Of a stretch of 64,000 bases of DNA, positions 37,937-46,330 are shown piece by piece. Numbering within the stretch: the stretch's first letter is position 1; each line of letters opens with the position of its first letter. The notes beneath the pieces were generated by a model. That model did no database searches. It had not been told where the DNA came from and saw nothing but the letters and a program-made list of their open reading frames with translations. The stretch covers positions 1,728,001-1,792,000 of the forward strand of contig CBDANF010000003.1 in assembly GCA_965197475.1 (NCBI GenBank), given 5' to 3'. Source of the DNA: Candidatus Poribacteria bacterium. GTDB taxonomy: Bacteria > Poribacteria > WGA-4E > WGA-3G. The position numbers were made by a program, and so were the translations under genes.

Positions 37937-39301
37937 TTAACGATATAGATCCGAATGATAGTCGCGAAGAGTTGTCAAACGTTCTCCCGAACAGATACCA
38001 CGTTGCATGAGAAGATTCTGACATTTCGTGAAAAGTTCACCACAAGGTCTTGTCACCCACGAACCATCATTTCTCTGGCTTACTTTTATCCTACGGATGC
38101 ACGTATAGGTCGCACACGCAGTGTCTAAAATGCAGATCGGATTGATACATGCTGTGGCGGTCGTGGTGCAACCACCATTTGATGGAGGTGTGCCACCGCC
38201 ACCATTACCCGCGTTCGCTTCAAGCGCATCGGTACACTCACTGCAAGTGCCACTAATTCTCGCGCAGGTCGCGCAGGTTCCACCACCATTGCCGGGGTTC
38301 TGCCCTATGCCACCACCATTGCCTTGTTGACCGCCACCATTGCCTTGTTGCGATCCACTACCAAATTGGTGCGTGTGATACACGCACTGGTAAAACCATT
38401 CCACAGTGCAAGTAAAACCGTTTTCATCTGTTTTGGAGCAACTTTCTTCAAAAACATGATTACCGGGATGCTTAAAACACGGATATGTATCCAGACATCC
38501 GTAGCATACGGTGTAATGCTCGTGGAGGTCATCCCGTAATGTAGACTTGCATATCCAGCATTGCAACTCTTCTGCATAGGACCAGCTCCCCGATTTGCTA
38601 GTGCTATCATGGGCACTAAATGTCCACATATCATCTGAAATCTCCGTTGTTATTGATCTTCCATTAGATAGTGTGACTGTGTGAGAGATACCTGGTTCAA
38701 AGCCAACAGACACTGTAGACTCTGAACCGTATTCCGTTGAGACAGTCACCGAGGAGGTGCCTTTCCATCTGACATTAGCGATTCTGACAGTCCCTGCCCC
38801 CGACCATGTGCCGCCTTTTTTCTCTGGAACATAAGCCCATCGCGACCAATAAAAAACAGCTGAGTCCGATTCGGCATAAGCTGTTCCATCTTCAATACCA
38901 TCATTTACGTTGATGTTTACACCCCAAGATCCGATCTCAGCGACGCGAGAAGCTCCGTTATAGTCAACCAGTGGTTCACCATTGATTGTCGCGGAATCAA
39001 TGGTGAACTGCGCCTCACCATACCCGTATAATGCGGCATTAAGCCTTACCTCTGCAATGCTAGGCATTAGTCCCGGAGTTCTTGTTACGGCATGTTCTCC
39101 ACCATAACTACATGGCGTAGACGTCGCTGCAAAATCTGGTATGCAATGGTATGCATACGTATAGTTTTCTGCCATGTTAGAGTCAACGAAACAGGGAGTA
39201 CCACTGTCATCAAAATTCAAAGTCGTTCTTCCACCGAATGAACTTTGTGGTAATATGAAAAAAATACTAAGCGTTATTGTCAAAAATAGTTTATTAAACA
39301 T
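37937..39301 (-). CDS. Cassette 1 protein B (type IV head)
   Basis: Signal peptide, unique head, Cys/His-rich middle (CWIC, CYGC, CATC), 1x TPPSNGGC and conserved tail. Start 39301 or 39307. Confidence 0.85.
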   Translation of the reverse strand: MFNKLFLTITLSIFFILPQSSFGGRTTLNFDDSGTPCFVDSNMAENYTYAYHCIPDFAATSTPCSYGGEHAVTRTPGLMPSIAEVRLNAALYGYGEAQFTIDSATINGEPLVDYNGASRVAEIGSWGVNINVNDGIEDGTAYAESDSAVFYWSRWAYVPEKKGGTWSGAGTVRIANVRWKGTSSVTVSTEYGSESTVSVGFEPGISHTVTLSNGRSITTEISDDMWTFSAHDSTSKSGSWSYAEELQCWICKSTLRDDLHEHYTVCYGCLDTYPCFKHPGNHVFEESCSKTDENGFTCTVEWFYQCVYHTHQFGSGSQQGNGGGQQGNGGGIGQNPGNGGGTCATCARISGTCSECTDALEANAGNGGGGTPPSNGGCTTTATACINPICILDTACATYTCIRRIKVSQRNDGSWVTRPCGELFTKCQNLLMQRGICSGERLTTLRDYHSDLYR

Positions 39302-39315
39302 TATCAAATCTCCTT

Positions 39316-40203
39316 TTAGTCTTCGACGATTTCGAGTTCCTGACCATCAATTATAATTGTCCGGGGTTCTGGACGAAGCAAATGCTCTAATCCCATATGT
39401 CTATAGGCTGCACGTAGGATTGGTTTCCTTTTTTCTGCAAGCGAATGTTCAAATGCTTCTGTTCCATATTCACTTGGATCTGCCTTCCCGAATGTAGAAA
39501 AGCTTGGAAGTTTACCCTGCGCGTCAGCAGTAAGGGAATCAATCTCTGCGGAAAGTTGCTGTATGAGGTTCATATCGTTGTCACGCTTTGCTTCCTTTAA
39601 CTTGCGTTGCAGTTCTTGGTACCGCTCATATTGTTGAAGCGTTGGCGCAAAGCCGGTATGCGTAGTTATCCAATATTGCGTGGAATCCGCCTCCATATTT
39701 ATCAAAAAAGGAGCACCGTTATCTAAGACAATTTCTTTATCATCTATCAAGAGATAGTCATAACCTTTAGGTGGAGGTTCTATCCCGAGAGAGAGATAAC
39801 GACGTATCCGCCTCAGATCGGCTCTTTGCTTACTGTTAACAGGAATAGGTTCACCATTCGAACCTATAGAACCATCCCAATACTTGCTGAGTTCAGTTTC
39901 GTTCAAGGGTTGTTCCCGTGGTGTCTGACCATCATTCGGTTTTCTGGAATGCCAGTGGTCACCGTGCCAATATCCTGTTTCTTTTGTTTCGCCAGGGGGC
40001 GGTGGTCTGACACCAGGCTCAGGCGTGTTTACTTCCTGTGGTGAACCCTTTGGCTTAGGTCCGTCTTCCAAAAGTTTTTTGGTTGCATCACCTAATACCA
40101 TTTCCGACTCAGTGTCAGTATCCCGCGGTATCAGTAAGAACACACCCGCAATTCCAATCAGTAGCATGAGGATTGCAAGTCCCCATATCATGTGCTTTTT
40201 CAT
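39316..40203 (-). CDS. Cassette 1 protein A (type IV)
   Basis: MKKHMIW anchor; WHGDHWH; GFAPT; YRHMGLEHL. Confidence 0.85.
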   Translation of the reverse strand: MKKHMIWGLAILMLLIGIAGVFLLIPRDTDTESEMVLGDATKKLLEDGPKPKGSPQEVNTPEPGVRPPPPGETKETGYWHGDHWHSRKPNDGQTPREQPLNETELSKYWDGSIGSNGEPIPVNSKQRADLRRIRRYLSLGIEPPPKGYDYLLIDDKEIVLDNGAPFLINMEADSTQYWITTHTGFAPTLQQYERYQELQRKLKEAKRDNDMNLIQQLSAEIDSLTADAQGKLPSFSTFGKADPSEYGTEAFEHSLAEKRKPILRAAYRHMGLEHLLRPEPRTIIIDGQELEIVED

Positions 40204-40231
40204 AAGGATTCTCCTTATCTTTCATTTGCCT

Positions 40232-40396
40232 TTATTTCGCTGCGTCCAGCGTGCAAGGCGGTTTGTTTTGTTCCATACAAGCGGGGATTTCTGCCTGCGT
40301 AGCATCAATCATCTTGATTGTGCCAAACAGCAGTCCGCCACCCATAATAACAATAAGTGCCACGGTCAGTCCTATTTTTAAAAATTTCGTTTTCAC
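40232..40396 (-). CDS. Cassette 1 small two-Cys peptide (54 aa, variant a)
   Basis: GTG after GGAAGGAGGT; near-identical to 27693-27857. Confidence 0.75.
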   Translation of the reverse strand: MKTKFLKIGLTVALIVIMGGGLLFGTIKMIDATQAEIPACMEQNKPPCTLDAAK

Positions 40397-40482
40397 ATTA
40401 TACACCTCCTTCCAAAATTTATCAACTAAAACTAAACAAATGGCAGGGTTGTTTAGTTTTAAGTTTGTTCATTTAGTCGAAA

Positions 40483-40547
40483 GTCGCGACCGGGAGGTCG
40501 CTCCTACAGCATAAAATAGGAAGTCGTAATTCGGAAGTCGCTTCTAC
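40483..40547. repeat. REP-like (GTAG family) pair
   Basis: GTCGCGACCGGGAGGTCGCTCCTAC and the degenerate GTCGTAATTCGGAAGTCGCTTCTAC. Confidence 0.6.
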
Positions 40548-40555
40548 AGAATAAA

Positions 40556-41203
40556 TCACGTTTGTTTTCCAAGAAGTGATTGAATTATCTCGCTGCCTAC
40601 CATATCGGTGTAATCGTCAGGGTATTTGGCTTTGAGCAGAGCTTTCAACTCTTTTCTACCCCGATTCAACTGAACCTTAACATTACCCTCTTTGATCTTC
40701 AACTGCTTAGCAATTTCTTTGTACGGCATACCTGTGGCACGTAACAGTATTGCATCCTTCTGCGTTTGCGGAAACTGCTCCATCAAACGGCGAACGATTT
40801 CCATATATTCGTTGTGAATCGTGATGCGTTCAGGTTCCAGATACGCAGATGCGGATTTAACATCTGTTTCCACAAATTCGTCTTCAGAAACGCCACCAGC
40901 GGGTTCATAGGACTCACGTTTTTTCTGATTTTCAAACCATCCTGCCTTTTTTCTGTTCGCGATGGTGAACAGCCAAGAATTGAACCTTTCAGGTTTCCGA
41001 ATTGTGCGTATGTTTTCCATCGCTGCAAGGAGCGTATCTTGGACGAGGTCTGCCACATCCTCCGGGTTTCCGATACCTCCATTGTAGAAAAATTGGGCAA
41101 GTCTGCGTCCACATTCTGAACAGAGGGTATCCCATGCTGCTTTGTTACCGGATTGGTAAGATTGGACAAGTTCTGCATCACGCTTAACTGTCTTAAGCTT
41201 CAC
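40556..41203 (-). CDS. ECF RNA polymerase sigma factor (sigma-70 family)
   Basis: Region 2 (DLVQDT...FNSWLFTIA.R) and region 4 (GMPYKEIAKQLKIKEGNVKVQLNRGRKELK). Confidence 0.92.
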   Translation of the reverse strand: MKLKTVKRDAELVQSYQSGNKAAWDTLCSECGRRLAQFFYNGGIGNPEDVADLVQDTLLAAMENIRTIRKPERFNSWLFTIANRKKAGWFENQKKRESYEPAGGVSEDEFVETDVKSASAYLEPERITIHNEYMEIVRRLMEQFPQTQKDAILLRATGMPYKEIAKQLKIKEGNVKVQLNRGRKELKALLKAKYPDDYTDMVGSEIIQSLLGKQT

Positions 41204-41240
41204 CCGATTCGCCTTTTTGGTCTACGGATAACAATTTATG

Positions 41241-41424
41241 TGTAGAAATTGGGAGAAATGTTACATGTTTTGCTCCCAATTGAACCAAATTCCTGCATAA
41301 AATGCGTAAACTCATGCATTTTATGCGTTTGTATAGTAGGTGCAGAAATCGGGTCAAAAAGTTACAAGTATTTTATTCAACAAAATCCGCCTCGTTCCAA
41401 CTACAGAAATTAGGAAACTTTAAC
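41241..41424 (-). promoter_or_regulatory. Repeated putative ECF promoter/operator motifs
   Basis: Minus strand TGTAACATTTCTCCCAATTTCTACA (41241-41265), TGTAACTTTTTGACCCGATTTCTGCA (41341-41366) and a weaker GTTAAAGTTTCCTAATTTCTGTAG (41401-41424). Confidence 0.45.
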
Positions 41425-41489
41425 TTTTTGCAAGCGTTATATATTTTGTAAAAAACAAGGGTTTCATGAAGCATTTTTCTTAACATACA

Positions 41490-41611
41490 CAGGACTTACG
41501 CAGCTGGTTCACAAGTCCCCTTGATAAGGGGGATTTAGGGGGTTAAAATACCGAAATAACGACTTTTTAAGTCCAATATTTCCTTTTTCTACTCAATTTG
41601 CGTAAGTCCTG
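41490..41611. mobile_element. MITE, 122 bp, 13-bp TIR, 5-bp target site duplication
   Basis: CAGGACTTACGCA...TGCGTAAGTCCTG flanked on both sides by ATACA; internal CCCCTTGATAAGGGG hairpin. Confidence 0.85.
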
Positions 41612-41706
41612 ATACATATCAATGTATTTCCAAAAAAATATAACACTGCTCCTACCAAAAAACAGAAACTAAAGCAAACGACTCTCTTGACCGGAGATGC
41701 TTCTGA

Positions 41707-42945
41707 ATGAACCCGAATCAGAAAATTCAAAAACTGACCTTGCTTCTCAATAAACATCATGAATATCGCGAAACCTGCTTGAACCTCATCGCCTCAGAGA
41801 ATACGCCATCACCGTTAGTAGAAGAACTTTTTGACGAAAAGTTGGCACGGCGATACGGAAATTATTCTGGAATTGATCTTTATCAGCGGAACTACAAAGG
41901 CAACCGCCATATTGCTGAAATAGAGGCGTGGACGCAGGAATTAGCAAAAGAATTGTTTAATGCAGCGTTCGTCGATTTCCGTCCGCTCTCTGGAAACGTC
42001 GCAGGAATTGCAGCGACATTCGCGCTGGCAAAACGAACTGATATCGCATTAGAGGTAGATGACGGTCATCGTTATGCTCATAAACTTGCTTCGTCACCAC
42101 TCAAGATAGATTTGCAGTCAATTCCGATTCCATGGGATGGCCTTCGATCAAACATTGATCTCCCTGCAACGCTTGTACTGATTGAGCAACATAAACCGAA
42201 AATCGTCCACATCGGCTCTGGGATATTTCTCTTTCCGCAACCTATTGCGGAGCTAAAAAGCGCGATGCGTCAAGCAAATCCTGAGTCATATCTCATTTAT
42301 GACGCTGCACATGTAATCGGACTCATCGCCGGTGGGCGGTTTCAGTCGCCACTTGCAGAAGGCGCGGATGTTATTATCTCCAGCACACACAAAACCCTCG
42401 CGGGGCCGCAAGGCGGCATGATCTTAACCAACAATAAATCTATTGCAGAACGAATTGGGCAAACGCTCTATCCGTTGCTGATGAGCAATCATCACCTAAG
42501 TCGGTTGCCAGCATTAGCAGGGACATTTGTGGAGTGGATGGTATGTGGTCCGGCACATGCCGATGCGATTGTGGTGAATGCAAAGGCTTTGGGACAGGCA
42601 TTATCGGATCGTGACGTGCCGATGCTCGCTGCTGAACTTGGATTCACGGAAACGCATACATTGATACCAATAGTGGACGCTTTTGGGGATGGAAGCGAAT
42701 TAGCAAATCAATTAGAAGCGTGCCATATTATTGCGGGTGCTGCGAGGCTACCTCCTGAAGTCGGCACCTCTGGATTGCGTCTTGGTGTGCAAGAGGTTAC
42801 CCGATGGGGAATGACACCAGAGGATGCACCGGAAATCGCAGATTGTATCGTTGACGCGCTTTCTGGACAATTACCTGATACAGTCAAACCCAAAGTTGCA
42901 CAATTGGCACAGCGTTTTAATACGATCCAGTTTACGGTAAAATAA
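41707..42945 (+). CDS. glyA: Serine hydroxymethyltransferase-family PLP enzyme (divergent)
   Basis: LNLIASEN, YDAAHV.GLIAGG, SSTHKTLAGPQGG (PLP lysine), SGLRLGVQEVTR. Folate-site motifs are atypical. Confidence 0.65.
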   Translation: MNPNQKIQKLTLLLNKHHEYRETCLNLIASENTPSPLVEELFDEKLARRYGNYSGIDLYQRNYKGNRHIAEIEAWTQELAKELFNAAFVDFRPLSGNVAGIAATFALAKRTDIALEVDDGHRYAHKLASSPLKIDLQSIPIPWDGLRSNIDLPATLVLIEQHKPKIVHIGSGIFLFPQPIAELKSAMRQANPESYLIYDAAHVIGLIAGGRFQSPLAEGADVIISSTHKTLAGPQGGMILTNNKSIAERIGQTLYPLLMSNHHLSRLPALAGTFVEWMVCGPAHADAIVVNAKALGQALSDRDVPMLAAELGFTETHTLIPIVDAFGDGSELANQLEACHIIAGAARLPPEVGTSGLRLGVQEVTRWGMTPEDAPEIADCIVDALSGQLPDTVKPKVAQLAQRFNTIQFTVK

Positions 42946-43110
42946 AAGGTAATAAGGATTCAACATAACGACAAATTTTTGTAACGTTTTAGATTATTAT
43001 AACGTTAATTTATTATAGCACTAATGTTTTATAGTTGTATAGGTTGTCATTAACATTTTAGGTGATGTTAATGTATTTTTAATCAGTAAATAGCAAAAAG
43101 GAATAAAATT

Positions 43111-44847
43111 ATGCAAAACCAAGCACCCGGTTGGGTGAAAGTTGCCGAATTAAGTGAGGTGCCTGAGGGAAAACCAAAGGCAATTCAGATGGGAGAGGGT
43201 CGTAGCCTTGCCCTCTTTAACGTTGATGGGAAAATATATGCGACCGATAATCAGTGTCCGCACATGGGTTACCCGTTAACACGAGGCACGGTACGAAACG
43301 GCATCCTGACATGTGATTGGCATCGCCGCAGTTTTGATTTAGACGGTGGTGGCTGTTTTCATGTCGAATGTGATGACTTACGTACCTTTCCCGTAGATAT
43401 CCGAGGCAGTGAGATTTGGGTTGAACCGGGCGATATGACCTACCGCCGCGCAGAAGAACATAAGCAGCTGCTCCGAGAAGGTCTTTTAAGCGAAGACAGA
43501 TGGACAATGTCCAAAGCAATTGCGCTGTTACTAAAAGGTGGCGTGCCAGAAGAAGAGGTTATGGGTTCAATTCTGGAACACGTCGCCCGACACATTCCTA
43601 CCGCTCACGGGTCAGAAGGTGGTGGTGATGTCTCTAAACTCATCAATGGACTCAAAGTCGGACGCAGGTACGAAGGTGAGGATCGTCTCATCGCGGTTAC
43701 AACCGCTGCATGCTCTGCTTCAGGAGAAGCATCCCAACGACTCGAAGTTGTACCATTGCCTGAGCCTGTCACCTGGGAAAAGATAAGTCGATGGATTCGT
43801 ATTTTCTCTTACGAAGGACAAGCCGGACGCATTGAGCGATGCTTGTATACAGCATATCATAAAGGGGATGCAGATAAATTGCGTCCTTTACTGTTTGAAT
43901 GTGCTGTTGAACCCAATTTTATTGATAATCCACAAATCCCGCTTTATGTTAGTTACCTTTCTGAAGTGGTTGACGAATTTGGGTGGGACCGAACTGCGGA
44001 TTTATTCTTCTATCTCGGTGCAGACCTCGTTGGGCATCATCCCGCGGATCCAGAACGGTACCGTAGAGACGCAATCAATCTTTTGAAAGAGATGCTGCCT
44101 ACCATTGAAAGTGCCGCTTTAGAACGAACCAATAAATTTGACGAAGATGCTTTTGTTGAAGCTCTTACCAGTGTCAATCTCCAACGCTCATTTGAGGAAG
44201 TACAAGCAGTCTTAGTAGATGGTGTAAAGTTAGACAAAGTCATTACATCACTTGTCTTGCTTGCAGCGGATAGGATGGCGAACACACCTGTGAATGTAGA
44301 TGCGGGTTGGTGGAACTTGACAATGGAACTCAACCTTGCGTCATCCTTACGAAGCGCAAAACAGATGGGAGGAAATCTTGTCGCAGCGAAAGGGCTTTTC
44401 CACGTTGCGTGGCAAATCTTCGCAGACCGCTGGATAAATATCTCCTCACGACCTCTCAGCGAACCGTTGAGTGAAGAAAAACTGGATGTGGCGAATCAAG
44501 ACGAAGGTATCAAGCACATTATTGGGACGATTGAGTCACTTAACGTACAAGATGTGGGACCACAGGTGCTTGGCTATCTAAATGCTGGCTATTCTGCTGA
44601 ACGGCTGATTGAAGAGATCGGACATTCAGTGCTTTGGGATGATACGGGAAGTGAAGTGCTGCCGACATTACGCACCGTATTTGAAGAATGGAAGCACGCG
44701 GAAGGACATCCCGCACAACCGCAACTGCTGGTTGGTTTGGCACGTTACGTCACAGATATCCGATCGAACACCGATAACAAATCTGCGGCTACCACAGCGA
44801 TGCGTTTTGCTGAAGGCAAAACAACAATTGAGGTCTTTGAGGAGTAA
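43111..44847 (+). CDS. Rieske (2Fe-2S) domain protein with long helical C-terminal region
   Basis: N-terminal CPHMGYPL...CDWH followed by GGCFHVECDD. Confidence 0.85.
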   Translation: MQNQAPGWVKVAELSEVPEGKPKAIQMGEGRSLALFNVDGKIYATDNQCPHMGYPLTRGTVRNGILTCDWHRRSFDLDGGGCFHVECDDLRTFPVDIRGSEIWVEPGDMTYRRAEEHKQLLREGLLSEDRWTMSKAIALLLKGGVPEEEVMGSILEHVARHIPTAHGSEGGGDVSKLINGLKVGRRYEGEDRLIAVTTAACSASGEASQRLEVVPLPEPVTWEKISRWIRIFSYEGQAGRIERCLYTAYHKGDADKLRPLLFECAVEPNFIDNPQIPLYVSYLSEVVDEFGWDRTADLFFYLGADLVGHHPADPERYRRDAINLLKEMLPTIESAALERTNKFDEDAFVEALTSVNLQRSFEEVQAVLVDGVKLDKVITSLVLLAADRMANTPVNVDAGWWNLTMELNLASSLRSAKQMGGNLVAAKGLFHVAWQIFADRWINISSRPLSEPLSEEKLDVANQDEGIKHIIGTIESLNVQDVGPQVLGYLNAGYSAERLIEEIGHSVLWDDTGSEVLPTLRTVFEEWKHAEGHPAQPQLLVGLARYVTDIRSNTDNKSAATTAMRFAEGKTTIEVFEE

Positions 44848-44853
44848 TCTCTA

Positions 44854-46140
44854 ATGAGCCAAAATGCTTGGCACTTGCCACGTGTAGAGTATATTGAAGC
44901 GGTAAATAAAAGGGATGCGAATCGAGTCAAATCCTTGTTAGTAGATAACGAGGAACTTCTTGAGTTCATTGATGAACCTTGGTTCGTCTTTGATTCTCCT
45001 GCAGTTGTGTTTGCCGCTTCAATGGTTGATCGTCCGCTCGTAGAGGTGCTGCTTGATGCCGGGGCAGACATCAACGCTAAGAGTTCTTGGTGGGCAGGTG
45101 AAACTACTGCGCTGCAGCACGCAGCAGGTGCAATGCTCGGATACAACAGGGAATTGGCTGAGTATCTAATTGAACGCGGCGCAACGATTGACGCGCATGC
45201 TGCAGCTGGCTTAGATATGGTTGAAACGCTTGAGGCGTTGATTCGTGAAAATCCGGATGTTGTCAACGCACCGGGATGCGATAGCATGTCCCCGCTCCAT
45301 TTCGCAGCAACACCTCGAATAGCTGAACTGCTCCTCAAGCACGGCGCGGATATAAATCTTCGCGACCGTGATCATTGGGGAACTGCAGCGCAATGGACGA
45401 TGCGAAGACGACCTGAAGTGTGCCGATACCTACTTGAACAGGGTGCCGAAGCAGATGTTGTTCTCTATTGTGCTATGGGTGACGTTGAACGGGCAAGGAC
45501 GGAGTTAAAAAATCCTGAATTACTAAATCTTAGGATAAATATGAGAGCACCTGAAGGCTATATTATTCCATCGCCTAAGTCGTCAAAGGTTAACGATGAC
45601 CAAACAGAGGTCGTTCCCGGTGGACATGTTTATGTTTATCAGATTGGACCTACCATGCCGCTACTTGAGATAGCACTTCAGTCTAAGCAGCCAGCAATCG
45701 TTGATCTACTCATTGACTTAGGTTATGAGATCAACTTACGAGATTGGTATGTGCTGGTGGGTCAGGGACCAAACCGGTTTGATGCGTTGGTGAAAAGATT
45801 TCTTGCCAAAGGCCGGGATATTAACGCGCTTCAAAAGCATCGGCGTGGTATGTGGACACCGCTACATTGGCTCGCACAACGTGGTTTGACTAACGGCATC
45901 GCTTGTTTATTGGCAAACGGTGCTGACCCGAATGTGACCGATGACAAAGGACAAACACCGCTACACTTCATTGCACAGAAGGGTGTTGGCAAAAACCAAG
46001 TACAGTTGTTGGTTGAACACGGTGCTGATCTTAATGTCCGTGATGATGCCGGACACACGCCACTTGATTACGCCAAGAAAGCGAACAAAAAGTCAGTTTT
46101 AACATTTCTGACTGAATTTGCAGAGAAACGCAGTAGTTAA
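44854..46140 (+). CDS. Ankyrin repeat protein
   Basis: LLDAGADINAK, SPLHFAA, TPLHWLA, GQTPLHFIA, GHTPLDYA repeats. Confidence 0.9.
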   Translation: MSQNAWHLPRVEYIEAVNKRDANRVKSLLVDNEELLEFIDEPWFVFDSPAVVFAASMVDRPLVEVLLDAGADINAKSSWWAGETTALQHAAGAMLGYNRELAEYLIERGATIDAHAAAGLDMVETLEALIRENPDVVNAPGCDSMSPLHFAATPRIAELLLKHGADINLRDRDHWGTAAQWTMRRRPEVCRYLLEQGAEADVVLYCAMGDVERARTELKNPELLNLRINMRAPEGYIIPSPKSSKVNDDQTEVVPGGHVYVYQIGPTMPLLEIALQSKQPAIVDLLIDLGYEINLRDWYVLVGQGPNRFDALVKRFLAKGRDINALQKHRRGMWTPLHWLAQRGLTNGIACLLANGADPNVTDDKGQTPLHFIAQKGVGKNQVQLLVEHGADLNVRDDAGHTPLDYAKKANKKSVLTFLTEFAEKRSS

Positions 46141-46242
46141 TTTAACTTTTTTCGGTAAGAGCAAATGTCTCTTACCTTTGATATGATAGAAGGGTTATTT
46201 AGTTCTTCATAGTTTCGATCACGTGTTCAGTGCCACTCTTCT

Positions 46243-46267
46243 GTAGGAGCGACCTCCTGGTCGCGAC
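46243..46267. repeat. REP-like (GTAG family)
   Basis: GTAGGAGCGACCTCCTGGTCGCGAC, reverse-complement match to 40483-40507. Confidence 0.65.
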
Positions 46268-46330
46268 TTTCAGACCGAATTGTGCAAAAAACCGAAACTA
46301 AATAACCCAAAATATAATAGGAGATGAAAA

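Larger units (their letters stand above)
25228..40420 (-). repeat. Tandem array of six peptide-A-B cassettes (~1.8-2.9 kb each) joined by near-identical linkers
   Basis: The MKKQMIWGLAILMLLIGIAGVFLL start recurs 6 times (one copy MKKHMIW), the Cys-rich ..ACINPICI..TACATYTCIR..PCGELFT.CQN.LMQRGICSGER.. end 5 times and MKTPLFK 5 times. Confidence 0.95.

Noticed and set aside
25228-40420. Integron cassette array (hairpins as attC)
   Set aside because: No integrase in the window, and the hairpins lack proper RYYYAAC/GTTRRRY ends. The repeats are kb-scale homologous coding blocks.
25228-40420. Diversity-generating retroelement
   Set aside because: No reverse transcriptase; differences between copies are block swaps and indels, not evidently adenine-specific substitutions in a TR/VR pair.
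25228-40420. Classical polymorphic toxin-immunity locus
   Set aside because: B varies at the N-terminus and is constant at the C-terminus (the opposite polarity), the partner gene is upstream, and no toxin motif was recognised. A non-classical version is not excluded.
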